Source: Chloroflexota bacterium
GTDB lineage: Bacteria; Chloroflexota; Dehalococcoidia; UBA2979
DNA: 64,000 bases
Assembly (NCBI GenBank): GCA_002707835.1
Contig: PANZ01000010.1
Span: forward strand, 31,526 to 95,525
Direction of reading: 5' to 3'
Part shown: positions 8,537 through 19,030 of the stretch, piece by piece
Layout of the letters: each line of letters starts with the position of its first letter
Numbering within the stretch: position 1 is the stretch's first letter
Translations under genes and position numbers: made by a program
Notes under the pieces: model-generated
What the model was told of the DNA's origin: nothing
The model's input: the letters and a program-made list of their open reading frames with translations, nothing else
Databases searched by the model: none

Positions 8537-10888
8537 TAAATTACGAAGTTTGACGATCGGTTTTGCAATAATTCGTTGGAGTAGAATTTTTTTAATTTCG
8601 TTGTAACTGGAGATTAAAGCTACTTCATTAGATGTATAAGTCGTCTCCGGATTTCCATATCGTACTGCATTGTAGGAAGTCGCTAACACTCTAAAATGAG
8701 ATGCATTGCCTACGCTTTTGGAAATTAAATCAGACCACTCTAAAGGTGTTTGATTTGCAATCAGGGGCAGTCCTGCCCATTTGGCTAAGTACTGTATTTT
8801 CGCCCAATAACGTTGATTAGGAGGTACTTTTCTAAATAAATATAACCATATTCCCCAAATTATGAAGGTTATTGCGATTAAGGTTAATCCAAGAACAGCG
8901 CAAAAAATTAAGACTTGGAGTATGTTTTTCACAGTAAGAATATTGCTTTCTGTAGAATCGCCGATCTCAGAGATACCTAATGGACTTGAAGTATTTAATT
9001 CATCAAGAAGTTCATCATCATCATCTTCTTCCTCGAAAGGAAGTATTTCTGTCCCAAGTGCTAAGCTATCGGGTGACCAGTTAGGTTGGTTAGTACGTTG
9101 AACGAGAGGGCGATTGGGCGTGGGGTTAAATTCTATCCATCCAAGTCCTGGGAAATAAACTTCAGGCCAAGACCAACTATGTATCTCGCTAATTTTATAA
9201 GACTTTGATGAAGTATCAAATGAATTTGTGTCGAGAGTAAATCCTGTAGCTATTCGTGAAGGGATTCCTATTGTTCGAAGCAATATTGTCATTGCAGAAG
9301 CATGATGATCAAAATAGCCACGTTTTTCTGTGAAAAGAAAATTCTCGATTACATCTGAACGTGGTGGTGGTCTATTAACATCAAGTGTGTAGGGATAATT
9401 ACGTCTTAAGTGATCTTCAATCTTTCGAGCTGATATGTAGGGATGCTCAGCAGTACTTGCAATATCTGTGGCCAACATCTTAATGCTTGTAGGCAGACTG
9501 TTAGGTAATTGTAAATAATGTTCTTTTATATGTGATGGATAATCTAGCGAAGTGCTAAGTATGGATTGAATTGGTGCAACTGAAATTGCACCTACGGTGG
9601 TGTAGGTCATGTTTGGTTTTAATCGATCTTTTGGAGTTACTCCGATGATGTCATTGGATTGAGTATTGATTACGTTTTTTGTATTTATATCAGAGGCGAT
9701 AGGTTCGCCGTGAAAAAGGAGACGTCGGTTAGGTATTGGGTTTAGTATTGTGACAGTCAAAGATCGTGGTTCGCGTAATTGTGATTGAGTTAAAGATGTT
9801 CCAAATAAAGCGGCATCTATAGTAGTTCCACTTGAGTTAACGAGGATTGTGTCTGAAGTACGCCAACCAAAACCTGTATATTCATCATAAATAGCGGCTT
9901 TAAAATTACCAGGCGATATGGTTTCAATTTCCATGAGATCTGTATTGCTGAGGCTGATAGATGCTTGTAGGGGCATTGTTTCACCAAAGCTATGGACTGG
10001 GAGGTCGCGTTTTGATGAAACGCCCGCAAAGACTCGATTGAACCACTCGAATCTTTCTTGAAGAGGTGAGGTTACGTTTTCAAAGTATGTGTCTACAGGT
10101 TTCCAATTGTTGAAAGTAGGTGTTAACCAGGCGAATGTTACTAGTATAAATGAAGTTGCTATTCCTAAAAAAATGATTTGTATGGATATGTGCTCTGGCC
10201 AAGGTCGACGTTCGACATGCCATTTTTCCAGTGAACGCATGAAATTGATTTGTACTATTAATAGGATTGCTATAAATAAAAAAATTATTAGTTCAACATT
10301 TTTTGAATAGGAAAGGTAGGAAATATTCGTCAGTAAAACAAATCCAGGTGGAAGTAATGCTAGCCAAGGATTTTTCCATCGAATTGTTGATAGAACTGCA
10401 TAGAAAGAGATCAAGCTAACTGTCAGGATTAGAATAATTACAAAAGGTAGTGGATCATTTGAAATCCCTCCAGTTACAACAGCGGAATACCAATCGTAGA
10501 TTCGGAATAAGAATTCATTGATATGTAAGTAAGGTTGATTTGCTGTTGCAGGATTAGTAGTTTTTAGATTCCAGACGATCGTGCTTAATGACAAGATAAT
10601 TGTCGTAATTGTTCCGACATACAGACTTTTGGAGAAGTATTTGATCTGAAAAATGATCGTAATTAATCCAGCGACGAAACCAATCAATGTGGATATATAA
10701 ATAGAGGGCATCTCATCAACCCAGTTGGCATTTTCTAGTGAATGGGTCATAGCCAACAGCGCTATTAACAAAAGAAATATACTGAACCAAGAGTAACCAT
10801 GCAGGAAATGCTCTAATATTGAATTTGGTTGTTCATGGCGATCAGTATCACTAGGACGAAATAAGTGTTCTAGTTCTGAATTAATCAT
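8513..10888 (-). CDS. Transglutaminase-like membrane protein (TgpA/DUF3488-type) with apparent substitutions of the catalytic Cys and Asp
   Basis: The N-terminal half is multi-TM. The core region FLFTEKRGYFDHHASAMTILLRTIGIPSRIATGF followed by IHSWSWPEVYFPGLGWIEFNPT aligns to the TgpA motifs GFCEHxA…GIPAR, HAWxEV and GWVRVDPT. This gene overlaps the convergent BatB-like gene by 24 bp. Confidence 0.8.
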   Translation of the reverse strand: MINSELEHLFRPSDTDRHEQPNSILEHFLHGYSWFSIFLLLIALLAMTHSLENANWVDEMPSIYISTLIGFVAGLITIIFQIKYFSKSLYVGTITTIILSLSTIVWNLKTTNPATANQPYLHINEFLFRIYDWYSAVVTGGISNDPLPFVIILILTVSLISFYAVLSTIRWKNPWLALLPPGFVLLTNISYLSYSKNVELIIFLFIAILLIVQINFMRSLEKWHVERRPWPEHISIQIIFLGIATSFILVTFAWLTPTFNNWKPVDTYFENVTSPLQERFEWFNRVFAGVSSKRDLPVHSFGETMPLQASISLSNTDLMEIETISPGNFKAAIYDEYTGFGWRTSDTILVNSSGTTIDAALFGTSLTQSQLREPRSLTVTILNPIPNRRLLFHGEPIASDINTKNVINTQSNDIIGVTPKDRLKPNMTYTTVGAISVAPIQSILSTSLDYPSHIKEHYLQLPNSLPTSIKMLATDIASTAEHPYISARKIEDHLRRNYPYTLDVNRPPPRSDVIENFLFTEKRGYFDHHASAMTILLRTIGIPSRIATGFTLDTNSFDTSSKSYKISEIHSWSWPEVYFPGLGWIEFNPTPNRPLVQRTNQPNWSPDSLALGTEILPFEEEDDDDELLDELNTSSPLGISEIGDSTESNILTVKNILQVLIFCAVLGLTLIAITFIIWGIWLYLFRKVPPNQRYWAKIQYLAKWAGLPLIANQTPLEWSDLISKSVGNASHFRVLATSYNAVRYGNPETTYTSNEVALISSYNEIKKILLQRIIAKPIVKLRNLLPFINAK

Positions 10889-10890
10889 AA

Positions 10891-12156
10891 TTAATCACCA
10901 GTCGTTGATTTAAATTTATGGGGTATTTTTCTTGAAAGTGCGTTAGTAAGATCAGTCCCAGCTGCTATGTCGTAGTGAAGTATTCCATTTTGTTCTAATG
11001 ATTTATACACATTATCGGAATTAATAAATCCACCGAAGCTTTCACCATTTAGTGTGATTGCTGTTACTTGAATGCCGCGATTATTAAGGCCTCTAAGTTC
11101 CGTAATCCATTGAGTATTAGTGGAGGGAGTAATAGCGATAACTGTTGAGTGTCGTCCAAATTTTGGGGATTGATCTAAAATTAATTGTTCCATCGTGACG
11201 GATCCTATGGCTTTTGCAAGTGCCAGTGATTCAAGGATACGAGTGAAGTGTGAATTTCCTTTTTCAGGTTTATCTACCTTAATAGACGAGTCAAAAAATG
11301 CAAGACCAACCGACCTGTTGGTTTGTATAAAATATCGGGCGAGGCCTGCACAGATTTGTGCAGATATTTCTTCAGTAGAATTTAAATTGAATCCAGTGTG
11401 ATGTGTTTTATCTAAATCTAAGAGTAGACATATTTCAGAAGAGGGGTCTATTTCAAATTCTTTGACTATTGTACGACCCTTTCTTGCGGTACTTGGCCAA
11501 TGAATTCTGTTGAAGGCATCGCCAGGTATATAATCTCTTAATCCAAAGATGTTCGGTGTAATATTATGGCTACGTTTACGAAAATGTCCTTCACCAGGGA
11601 GGTTTGAGGATGGTGTATTAAAGTAGTTTATTTCAGGGGTGTAAGGGTATATCAGTAGTGTTGATTCACTACCAAAAGTTTTCGAAAACTTAAAAAAGCC
11701 AAAAGGGTCTGTAGCTGTAACAGTGAGAGGGCCTAGTGTATACAGGCCACGGAGTAGTGCCTTTGTATTATAAGACCAGACAGTAGTACCTCGAGATGGA
11801 AGGGTGATTGCTCGTTTTGATGTGTGTGAAGGAATAGTCGATTGGTCAGATAGTTCCAGCCAGATTTTTGGCAGTATTGAGCTGGATCGAAGGGTGATTC
11901 TTCCTCTTATGGATTGTCCTTGTGTTGCTCGTTGAGTTTCTCTAACAATTTCCACATCGAGGCTGTTAATCATGGATTTTGTCCATAAATAAAGTAAAGG
12001 GAGTGCAATGATAATTATGTAAAAAAGTCTAAATAGTAACCAAAATCCCGTAGACAATCCCAAGAGTAAACATATTATAGCCAAAGCTACGGCTATGGAT
12101 GGGCTGGGGAACTTTAGACAAGTCTGTTTTAAGTTTGAAATAGATCTTGTTATCAT
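10891..12156 (-). CDS. DUF58-family protein with N-terminal TM helices
   Basis: It sits between MoxR and the TGase-like gene on the minus strand, has the DUF58-like core (…EICLLLDLDKTHH…), and two N-terminal TM segments. Confidence 0.7.
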   Translation of the reverse strand: MITRSISNLKQTCLKFPSPSIAVALAIICLLLGLSTGFWLLFRLFYIIIIALPLLYLWTKSMINSLDVEIVRETQRATQGQSIRGRITLRSSSILPKIWLELSDQSTIPSHTSKRAITLPSRGTTVWSYNTKALLRGLYTLGPLTVTATDPFGFFKFSKTFGSESTLLIYPYTPEINYFNTPSSNLPGEGHFRKRSHNITPNIFGLRDYIPGDAFNRIHWPSTARKGRTIVKEFEIDPSSEICLLLDLDKTHHTGFNLNSTEEISAQICAGLARYFIQTNRSVGLAFFDSSIKVDKPEKGNSHFTRILESLALAKAIGSVTMEQLILDQSPKFGRHSTVIAITPSTNTQWITELRGLNNRGIQVTAITLNGESFGGFINSDNVYKSLEQNGILHYDIAAGTDLTNALSRKIPHKFKSTTGD

Positions 12157-12164
12157 TGCATTTG

Positions 12165-13127
12165 CTAATTACTACCACGGGCGCGATCTCCGGGTACCCT
12201 TACTCGTCCGATTATTTCATCAATAATTTGATCATTGCTGACACCGCGTATGTGCGCACTAGGATCGATGATTATTCGATGTCCCAAAGTTGGATAAGCT
12301 AAAATCTTTACGTCATCTGGTTGGACAAAATCCCGCCCTTCAAGCATGGCGTATGCTTGAATTGATCGCATTAATGCCAAAGATCCCCTTGGTGAGGCAC
12401 CGAGATAGATATTTTCATGCGAACGAGTAGCATTTACCAAATCAACAATATACTGCTTCACTAAAGGATCGATGTAGATATTCTTAACGTTTTGTTGTAG
12501 TTGTTTGATTTCTTCAGGAGTTGTTATTGGAACAAGGTTTTCAAGCGGATGTTTTGATTGCTGGGAATCCATAATATTAATTTCTTGTGCAGGGGTAGGG
12601 TATCCAAGATTGATATGGATTAAAAAACGATCTAACTGTGCTTCAGGTAAAGGAAAAGTTCCTTCATATTCGATAGGATTTTGAGTTGCGATTACCATAA
12701 ATGGACTGGAAAGATAATGGGTATCCCCGTCCACTGTAATTTGGTTTTCTTCCATGGCTTCAAGTAATGCAGATTGTGTTTTAGGGGTGGCTCGATTAAC
12801 TTCGTCCGCTAGGACAATTTCAGAGACAATTGGCCCTGCGTGAAATTCGAACTCACCTGTTTGTTGCTTATAAATTGTGACACCAGTGACATCAGAAGGC
12901 AGTAGATCAGGTGTGAATTGTATACGTGAGAATTGACATCCTGTAGATTTTGCTATCGATCTGGCAAGTATTGTTTTACCAACTCCCGGAACATCTTCAA
13001 TAAGTAAGTGACCATTACACAGCAATGCAATTAGGGAGAGCTTAATTTCATGTTCTTTACCAAGAATTACAGTGGTAATATTATCGATAATTTTCTGGGT
13101 CGTTAATTGTGGATTATTCAATTGCAC
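12165..13127 (-). CDS. MoxR-family AAA+ ATPase (paralogue of 2945..3931)
   Basis: GVGKT, FTPDLLPSDVTG and LADEVNRATPKTQSALLEAMEE are present. It is clearly paralogous to the first MoxR. Confidence 0.85.
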   Translation of the reverse strand: MQLNNPQLTTQKIIDNITTVILGKEHEIKLSLIALLCNGHLLIEDVPGVGKTILARSIAKSTGCQFSRIQFTPDLLPSDVTGVTIYKQQTGEFEFHAGPIVSEIVLADEVNRATPKTQSALLEAMEENQITVDGDTHYLSSPFMVIATQNPIEYEGTFPLPEAQLDRFLIHINLGYPTPAQEINIMDSQQSKHPLENLVPITTPEEIKQLQQNVKNIYIDPLVKQYIVDLVNATRSHENIYLGASPRGSLALMRSIQAYAMLEGRDFVQPDDVKILAYPTLGHRIIIDPSAHIRGVSNDQIIDEIIGRVRVPGDRARGSN

Positions 13128-13196
13128 CTCGCAGATTTCCTATATATTTTATCAAGGATTTAGTACTTAAAGTGATTCTTAGAATAAGTCTAATAT

Positions 13197-14138
13197 TCAA
13201 ACCTTGACTGCAACAAGACACGTCCAATTTGAATCACTTAATATATCGATTGTTTCAAAATTAAGTTGTTCGAGTTTGGATTTGATTTCAGGTAGATGAT
13301 CATTAATGAATCCACTCAATATCGCTAATCCTTCATTTTTCAGGGCATCTTTTATTAGTGCGATTAATTCGAGGATAGTGCTAGTTGAGATATTAGCGAT
13401 AATAATGTCGGCTAATGATGATTGTTGAGGGAATTGGTCTGGCCAGCTCGATCCCAATGTTCCATGGGCTGCCAGTATTTTCGGGTGAGTATAATTTATT
13501 TTTGAATTTTTGATTGTTATGTCAATGGCATTATTATCGATATCAAGGGCGTACGCAGATTTTGCACCAAACATTATTGCCCCAATGCTTAATATGCCTG
13601 AGCCGCATCCAAGATCGATTATAGTATCTTGTTTTTGAGTGTATCTTTCTAGTGCAATTAGACAAAGTTGACTAGTGGGGTGCTGTCCTGTACCAAAGGC
13701 AGCTCCAGGATCAAGAGTAATTTTTGTTTCCGAATGCCTTGGATGATATTCAATCCAGGAAGGGCAGACGACAATATTTTCTCCGATACGCTCTGTTTTA
13801 TAATATTTTTTCCATTCATTAGCCCAATCATCATTTTCAATTATGCGGTAGTGAATACGAGGGATCTTAGCTGTTATAGGTAGTGCATTTAACATTTTTC
13901 TAAAACTTACACGTTCTCTAGTTGTAAAAGGTTTTTCTACATAAGCACGAATAATGGAAGGTTCATTTCGATAAGTAAATCCAAAATCGACATCAGTAAG
14001 GATCTCAATTGCTGGTTCAATAGTGACACCATTTGTGCTTATGCTTGAAAGGAATTCACTGATAATCGGAACATCTGATGGGGTAGACTTAATTGAAATT
14101 TCAAACCAGGAAAAGGTGCTAGAAACATTGCTAAGCAA
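13197..14138 (-). CDS. prmA: Ribosomal protein L11 methyltransferase
   Basis: [15 protein letters not shown] and the SAM motif [11 protein letters not shown] are present. It overlaps dnaJ by 8 bp, matching the Firmicutes order dnaJ-prmA. Confidence 0.85.
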   Translation of the reverse strand: MLSNVSSTFSWFEISIKSTPSDVPIISEFLSSISTNGVTIEPAIEILTDVDFGFTYRNEPSIIRAYVEKPFTTRERVSFRKMLNALPITAKIPRIHYRIIENDDWANEWKKYYKTERIGENIVVCPSWIEYHPRHSETKITLDPGAAFGTGQHPTSQLCLIALERYTQKQDTIIDLGCGSGILSIGAIMFGAKSAYALDIDNNAIDITIKNSKINYTHPKILAAHGTLGSSWPDQFPQQSSLADIIIANISTSTILELIALIKDALKNEGLAILSGFINDHLPEIKSKLEQLNFETIDILSDSNWTCLVAVKV

Positions 14139-15237
14139 AACTGTCTCTTATCTTTCCGAAAATTGAATTATCATCAGGTATATCAGGTGTTCCCAGAGAT
14201 TCGGCAAGCTGATTAAGTAATTTTTTCTGATCGTTAGACAGTTTTTTTGGTGTAATAATATGTGTACGAACAAGCAAGTTTCCTCGACCTGATCCTCTTA
14301 AGTGAGGGACTCCTCTTCCTTTAATCACATGAATTTCTCCATGTTGGGTACCCGATTTTAGTTTTAGTTCGTGAGATTCACCATCAATAGTGGGCACCTC
14401 AATATTTATACCTAGTGATGCCTGTGCAATATTAAGAGGTAGCTCGTATACCAAGTCTTGATCGATTCTGTTAAATAAATCATGTGGTTGAACTTGCAAT
14501 TGTATATAGAGATTTCCTGCGGGGCCACCATGCGAACCTGCACTACCTTCTCCTGCAAGGCGAATCTGCTGCCCATCTTCTATGCCGGCAGGTATTTTTA
14601 TGGTCCTATTTACGTCGATGCGCTCTGCACCTTTTCCTCTGCATTTTGTACAAGGATTAGTTACGATGCTTCCTGTAGCATCACAACTAGAGCAGGATGC
14701 TACATTAACATATTGGCCAAAAAGTGATTGCTGGACACGACGAATTTCTCCAGTGCCGTCACAGTTCTTACAAGTTGACCTATCTTCACCATTTAACTGA
14801 CCATTTCCACGGCAATCAGAACAACGTTCAATACGTTGGAAGTTTATTTCTTCTTCTGTTCCAAATATTGCCTTTTCAAAATCAATAGTAATTGATGTTT
14901 CTAAGTCAGAACCACGTTGTGGACCAGAACGCCGTGTAGTACTTCCTCGAAAAAATGCGTCAAAAATATCACCAAATCCACCCATAGATTCAAAACCAGC
15001 AAATCCTTGACCGTCACTGGCACTGTGTCCATAACGATCGTATCTTGCCCGTTTCTCTTGATCCGAAAGAATTTCATACGCGTTGTTGATTTCTTTGAAT
15101 CGTGCTTCTGCATTTATATCTTTATTGCGGTCAGGGTGATATTCCATAGCCAATCTACGGAACGATTTCTTAATCTCCTCGGAAGAAGCGTTTTGTGCAA
15201 CGCCTAAAACTTCGTAAGGATCAGGTTGACCTGTCAT
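14131..15237 (-). CDS. dnaJ: Chaperone DnaJ
   Basis: The J-domain has YEVLGV…HPD, followed by a G/F-rich region and four CxxCxGxG zinc-finger repeats. Confidence 0.95.
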   Translation of the reverse strand: MTGQPDPYEVLGVAQNASSEEIKKSFRRLAMEYHPDRNKDINAEARFKEINNAYEILSDQEKRARYDRYGHSASDGQGFAGFESMGGFGDIFDAFFRGSTTRRSGPQRGSDLETSITIDFEKAIFGTEEEINFQRIERCSDCRGNGQLNGEDRSTCKNCDGTGEIRRVQQSLFGQYVNVASCSSCDATGSIVTNPCTKCRGKGAERIDVNRTIKIPAGIEDGQQIRLAGEGSAGSHGGPAGNLYIQLQVQPHDLFNRIDQDLVYELPLNIAQASLGINIEVPTIDGESHELKLKSGTQHGEIHVIKGRGVPHLRGSGRGNLLVRTHIITPKKLSNDQKKLLNQLAESLGTPDIPDDNSIFGKIRDSFA

Positions 15238-15293
15238 ATGCTAAAGCCTCGATTTGTTGTCATATTTAACCTTAATATGTCGGAAATCTATTT

Positions 15294-17192
15294 TTAAACT
15301 TCTCGAAATTCTCCTTCGATAGTGTCTTTTTCTTCGTCTGACAAGTTATCACCACTCGTATTATCAATGTCATCGGGAGTAACATTTTCGGGATTACTAT
15401 AGAGTGCCTGTCCAATTTCTTGCATGGCCAAAGATAGTTTTTCTGTGGACTCTCGGATAGCGTTAGCTTCTTCTTGTCCTAGAGCTTCTCTAACTTCCTC
15501 TATTGCCGCTCTAACTTTTTCGGCAGCTTCAGTATCGATTTTATCTTCATTTTCAGTAAGCATTTTTTCTGAAGAATAGATCAAAGAATCTGCCGCATTT
15601 CTTTCTTCTACAGCCTCTCGTTTTGCTTGATCTTCAGACGCAAATTTTTCAGCTTCCTGTCTCAATTGTTCAACTTCTTTGTCATCTAGACCTGAACCAG
15701 CTTGAATTGTGACATTCTGCTCTTTTCCAGTAGCATTATCTTTTGCTGAAACTGTGACAATACCATTTGCATCGATATCAAAACTAACTTCAATCTGAGG
15801 CATACCTCGTTGTGCTGGTAATATGCCATCTAAAATAAATTTAGCTAAAGATTTATTGTCAGTTGCCATAGATCGTTCTCCCTGTAAGACATGAATTTCA
15901 ACAGAAGGTTGATTGTCTGCGGCAGTTGAAAATACTTGAGACTGGCTAGTGGGTATAGTTGTATTTCTTTCTATTAGTGGAGTCATTACACCGCCTAATG
16001 TTTCGATACCTAACGTCAGAGGTGTTACATCTAAAAGTAATACGTCGTTGACATCACCTTTAAGTACTCCAGCTTGAATGGCTGCTCCTAATGCAACCAC
16101 TTCATCTGGGTTTACACCTTTGTTAGGTTCTTTTCCAAAAAAACTTTCCACTTGTTGTTGGACTAGTGGCATTCTAGTCATTCCTCCAACTAAGACAATT
16201 TCATTGATTTCTGAAGCTTTTAGTCCAGCATCTTCTAGTGCTTGTTTACAAGGAGTAAGTGTTTGCTCAACAAGATCTCCTACTAGTTGTTCTAGTTGTG
16301 CACGTGTAATATTTGTGACTAGATGCTTTGGGCCGCTGGCATCAGCGGTTATAAATGGTAAATTAACTTCAGTCTGCTGCGCTGAAGAAAGTTCAATTTT
16401 TGCTTTTTCGGCGGCCTCCTTTAATCTTTGCAGTGCAGTTCGATCTTGTTTTAAATCTACACCTTGATCTTTAAGAAATTCAGCGACTAAATAGTTAATT
16501 ATTACTTCATCAAAATCATCACCACCAAGAAAAGTATCTCCATTGGTGGCTCGCACTTGAAACGTCCCTTCACCAAGCTCAAGAATGGATATATCGAAAG
16601 TACCTCCACCTAAGTCGTACACTGCTATTATTTCATCGCCTTCTTTGTCGAGTCCGTAAGCGAGTGCTGCAGCAGTTGGTTCATTGATAATTCGTAGTAC
16701 TTCCAAACCAGCAATACGTCCAGCATCCCTGGTGGCCTGCCTCTGTGAATCACCAAAGTAAGCAGGGACAGTAATGACAGCCTCAGATACTTCTTGACCT
16801 AAATATGCTTCAGCGTCGGCTTTGAGTTTTTGCAAGATCATGGCACTAACTTCAGGGGGGCTATATTCACGTTCTCCCATTTTGACACCAGCATCTCCAT
16901 TTGAGAGCTCTACAATTTCAAACCCTGCAACATCCTTAAATCGTTGTACTTCATCATCACTATATTTTCGACCCATTAATCGTTTCACAGAGTAGAGGGT
17001 TTGGTCTGGGTTTGTAACAGCTTGTCTTTTTGCAACAGTTCCAACTAATCGTTCACCATCTTTACCATGAGCCACTACAGAAGGTGTGGTGCGACCTCCT
17101 TCAACATTAGCGATTACTTGTGGTTGACCAGCTTCCATTCCTGCCATAGCAGAGTTGGTAGTTCCGAGGTCTATTCCTAATACTTGAGTCAT
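15294..17192 (-). CDS. dnaK: Chaperone DnaK (Hsp70)
   Basis: [16 protein letters not shown] and the [11 protein letters not shown] signatures are all present. Length is 632 aa. Confidence 0.97.
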   Translation of the reverse strand: MTQVLGIDLGTTNSAMAGMEAGQPQVIANVEGGRTTPSVVAHGKDGERLVGTVAKRQAVTNPDQTLYSVKRLMGRKYSDDEVQRFKDVAGFEIVELSNGDAGVKMGEREYSPPEVSAMILQKLKADAEAYLGQEVSEAVITVPAYFGDSQRQATRDAGRIAGLEVLRIINEPTAAALAYGLDKEGDEIIAVYDLGGGTFDISILELGEGTFQVRATNGDTFLGGDDFDEVIINYLVAEFLKDQGVDLKQDRTALQRLKEAAEKAKIELSSAQQTEVNLPFITADASGPKHLVTNITRAQLEQLVGDLVEQTLTPCKQALEDAGLKASEINEIVLVGGMTRMPLVQQQVESFFGKEPNKGVNPDEVVALGAAIQAGVLKGDVNDVLLLDVTPLTLGIETLGGVMTPLIERNTTIPTSQSQVFSTAADNQPSVEIHVLQGERSMATDNKSLAKFILDGILPAQRGMPQIEVSFDIDANGIVTVSAKDNATGKEQNVTIQAGSGLDDKEVEQLRQEAEKFASEDQAKREAVEERNAADSLIYSSEKMLTENEDKIDTEAAEKVRAAIEEVREALGQEEANAIRESTEKLSLAMQEIGQALYSNPENVTPDDIDNTSGDNLSDEEKDTIEGEFREV

Positions 17193-17257
17193 GTTTCCCC
17201 CTCCTTTGGTGGGTACATAGCTAACTTGATTCAGGGTCTAATTTGATATTCGATTTT

Positions 17258-17755
17258 TTAATTAGTTCCATTTCCTACCATTACCATCGCTGGTCGTATT
17301 ACGTTGTCATCGATGATCCATCCAGATTGCATAACTTGGACTACTTCCCCTTCTGCTCCTTCTGCATAACCTATCGCTTCATGAAATTTAGGATTAAAAG
17401 GTTGGTTTAATGCTTCAATCTCAATAGCACCAGTAGATGTTATAACTCCACGAAATTTTTCATGTATTAAGGAAATACCTGATACCCAATCATGATTTTG
17501 TATCGATAAATCAATAACCTCAAATGCACGAGTTAAATCATCGTAGATAGGTAAAATATTAATGATTACAGATGCTGTAGTCAGCCTGCGTAATTCTAAA
17601 CGGCCTTCTTCAGTACGACGTTCTAAATTACGATAATCTGCAATTGCACGTGTATGAGCATCTTCTAGCTCTTTGCACCTTAATAATGCCTGCTCCAGTG
17701 CTAGATTCAGTTCATTTTCAACATTCTCATTAGTTGCTGAATTCATTTCTTCCAT
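17258..17755 (-). CDS. grpE: Nucleotide exchange factor GrpE
   Basis: It lies between hrcA and dnaK, and the C-terminal GrpE fold motifs are present (…FNPKFHEAIG…). Confidence 0.9.
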   Translation of the reverse strand: MEEMNSATNENVENELNLALEQALLRCKELEDAHTRAIADYRNLERRTEEGRLELRRLTTASVIINILPIYDDLTRAFEVIDLSIQNHDWVSGISLIHEKFRGVITSTGAIEIEALNQPFNPKFHEAIGYAEGAEGEVVQVMQSGWIIDDNVIRPAMVMVGNGTN

Positions 17756-18783
17756 TAGCGGACCTCGTACATTAGTGCACTCATTAATTCAGCTATATAT
17801 CTAACACGTGGGATAGATCTAGGATAATCCATGCGCTTAGGGCCCAGTACTGCGACCGTGCCATTTGAAATGCGATCGCCAAAAGAGCTTATAATTACAC
17901 TCCATTCACGCATTAATTCATCCCCATGTTCTTCACCAATAAGAACATGCGTTGTTCCTGGTTCTACTTTAGGCGAATGCTCAATCAACATACGAAGGTG
18001 ATAAGCATCGAGATTCTCAATCGCCTCACGCATTTGATTGACATCCGTAAATTCTGGTTGATTTAAAACAGTACTTAACCCATCTAGATAGGCCTCATGT
18101 TGTCCTTGTTGATTGATGGAAAGTTGAAAAATAGCATCGATAATAATATTGTCATCAATTTTGTTGTTTATATTGATAGATTGCCGACCTGATTGCGGGG
18201 AAGGGTCTTTCAAATTTTGATTTAGTGTTTCTGCATATATGTTGAGTTCATTTTGTAGATAGGGTCGAGATAGGTTAAGAATTTTTTGCCCTATAAATCC
18301 ATTATTCATTACAACCACAAGCATTACCGATGTACCGTTTAGTTCTACGAGCTGAACGTGTTTGAGAGATGTTGTTTCCGCAGAGGGTCTTATTACCATT
18401 GCGATTCCACCGACAGTTGTGGAAAGAATAGTTGCAGTTAGACTTAACCACTCATCTAAACCACCATTGACTTGGTGCAATTGATGCTCAATAGTTCGCA
18501 TTTCATCAAAACTAAGAGGTTTTTCATCCATCAAGGATTCAACATAATGTCTGTATCCTTGATCGGAGGGAATGCGACCTGCTGAAGTATAAGGGTGAGT
18601 AATATATCCATTTTCTTCTAATTGTGCTAACTCATTACGTATAGTTGCACTAGATAAAGGGAGCTCTTGCCGACTGGCAAGCAGTCTTGAGCTGACAGGA
18701 GTCGCAGACTCGATATATTCGTCTACGACTAATTCCAAAATCGATTCTTGTCTTTGTGTTAACACATTTCCCTCTATTGGCAC
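17755..18783 (-). CDS. hrcA: Heat-inducible transcription repressor HrcA (GTG start)
   Basis: The N-terminal winged-HTH region is RQESILELVVDEYIESATPVSSRLL. It is the first gene of the dnaK operon, and CIRCE elements lie upstream. Confidence 0.9.
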   Translation of the reverse strand: MPIEGNVLTQRQESILELVVDEYIESATPVSSRLLASRQELPLSSATIRNELAQLEENGYITHPYTSAGRIPSDQGYRHYVESLMDEKPLSFDEMRTIEHQLHQVNGGLDEWLSLTATILSTTVGGIAMVIRPSAETTSLKHVQLVELNGTSVMLVVVMNNGFIGQKILNLSRPYLQNELNIYAETLNQNLKDPSPQSGRQSININNKIDDNIIIDAIFQLSINQQGQHEAYLDGLSTVLNQPEFTDVNQMREAIENLDAYHLRMLIEHSPKVEPGTTHVLIGEEHGDELMREWSVIISSFGDRISNGTVAVLGPKRMDYPRSIPRVRYIAELMSALMYEVR

Positions 18784-18803
18784 TCTATGCGTTAGAGTGC
18801 TAA
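18777..18803. promoter_or_regulatory. CIRCE operator (TTGGCACTC-N9-GAGTGCTAA) overlapping the hrcA start
   Basis: It differs by one mismatch from the consensus TTAGCACTC-N9-GAGTGCTAA and lies downstream of a sigma-A-like promoter on the minus strand. Confidence 0.7.
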
Positions 18804-18814
18804 TTATAATATAT

Positions 18815-18842
18815 ATTGTAATCCCATGATTTTTAGGGTCAA
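18815..18842 (-). promoter_or_regulatory. Sigma-A-like promoter of the hrcA-grpE-dnaK-dnaJ operon (TTGACC-N16-TACAAT on the minus strand)
   Basis: On the plus strand, ggtcaa at 18837-18842 and attgta at 18815-18820 are separated by a 16-nt spacer. The promoter is flanked by two CIRCE elements. Confidence 0.5.
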
Positions 18843-18861
18843 TTGAGTGGATTTGTGGATT

Positions 18862-18888
18862 TTAGCACTCTCATACATTGACTGCTAA
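18862..18888. promoter_or_regulatory. CIRCE operator (TTAGCACTC-N9-GACTGCTAA)
   Basis: The left arm is perfect and the right arm has one mismatch. It lies upstream of the hrcA promoter -35 box. Confidence 0.7.
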
Positions 18889-19030
18889 TAGAAATGGCAG
18901 TTTGAGGTGTAATTTGTAAAATTGAAATTAATAGTTACTTTTACTTAAATTCTTAGTTGGTATGTTAATTAGCTTGATTTAACTATATTTGTTCGAGGAC
19001 AATGGGTCAGTCCTATCTTAGAGAGTTCGA

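Noticed and set aside
9001-9060. Short trinucleotide repetition (tcatcatcatcatcttcttcctc).
   Set aside because: It is in-frame coding for an acidic DEEEDDDDELLDE linker in the TGase-like protein. It is not a CRISPR or minisatellite element.
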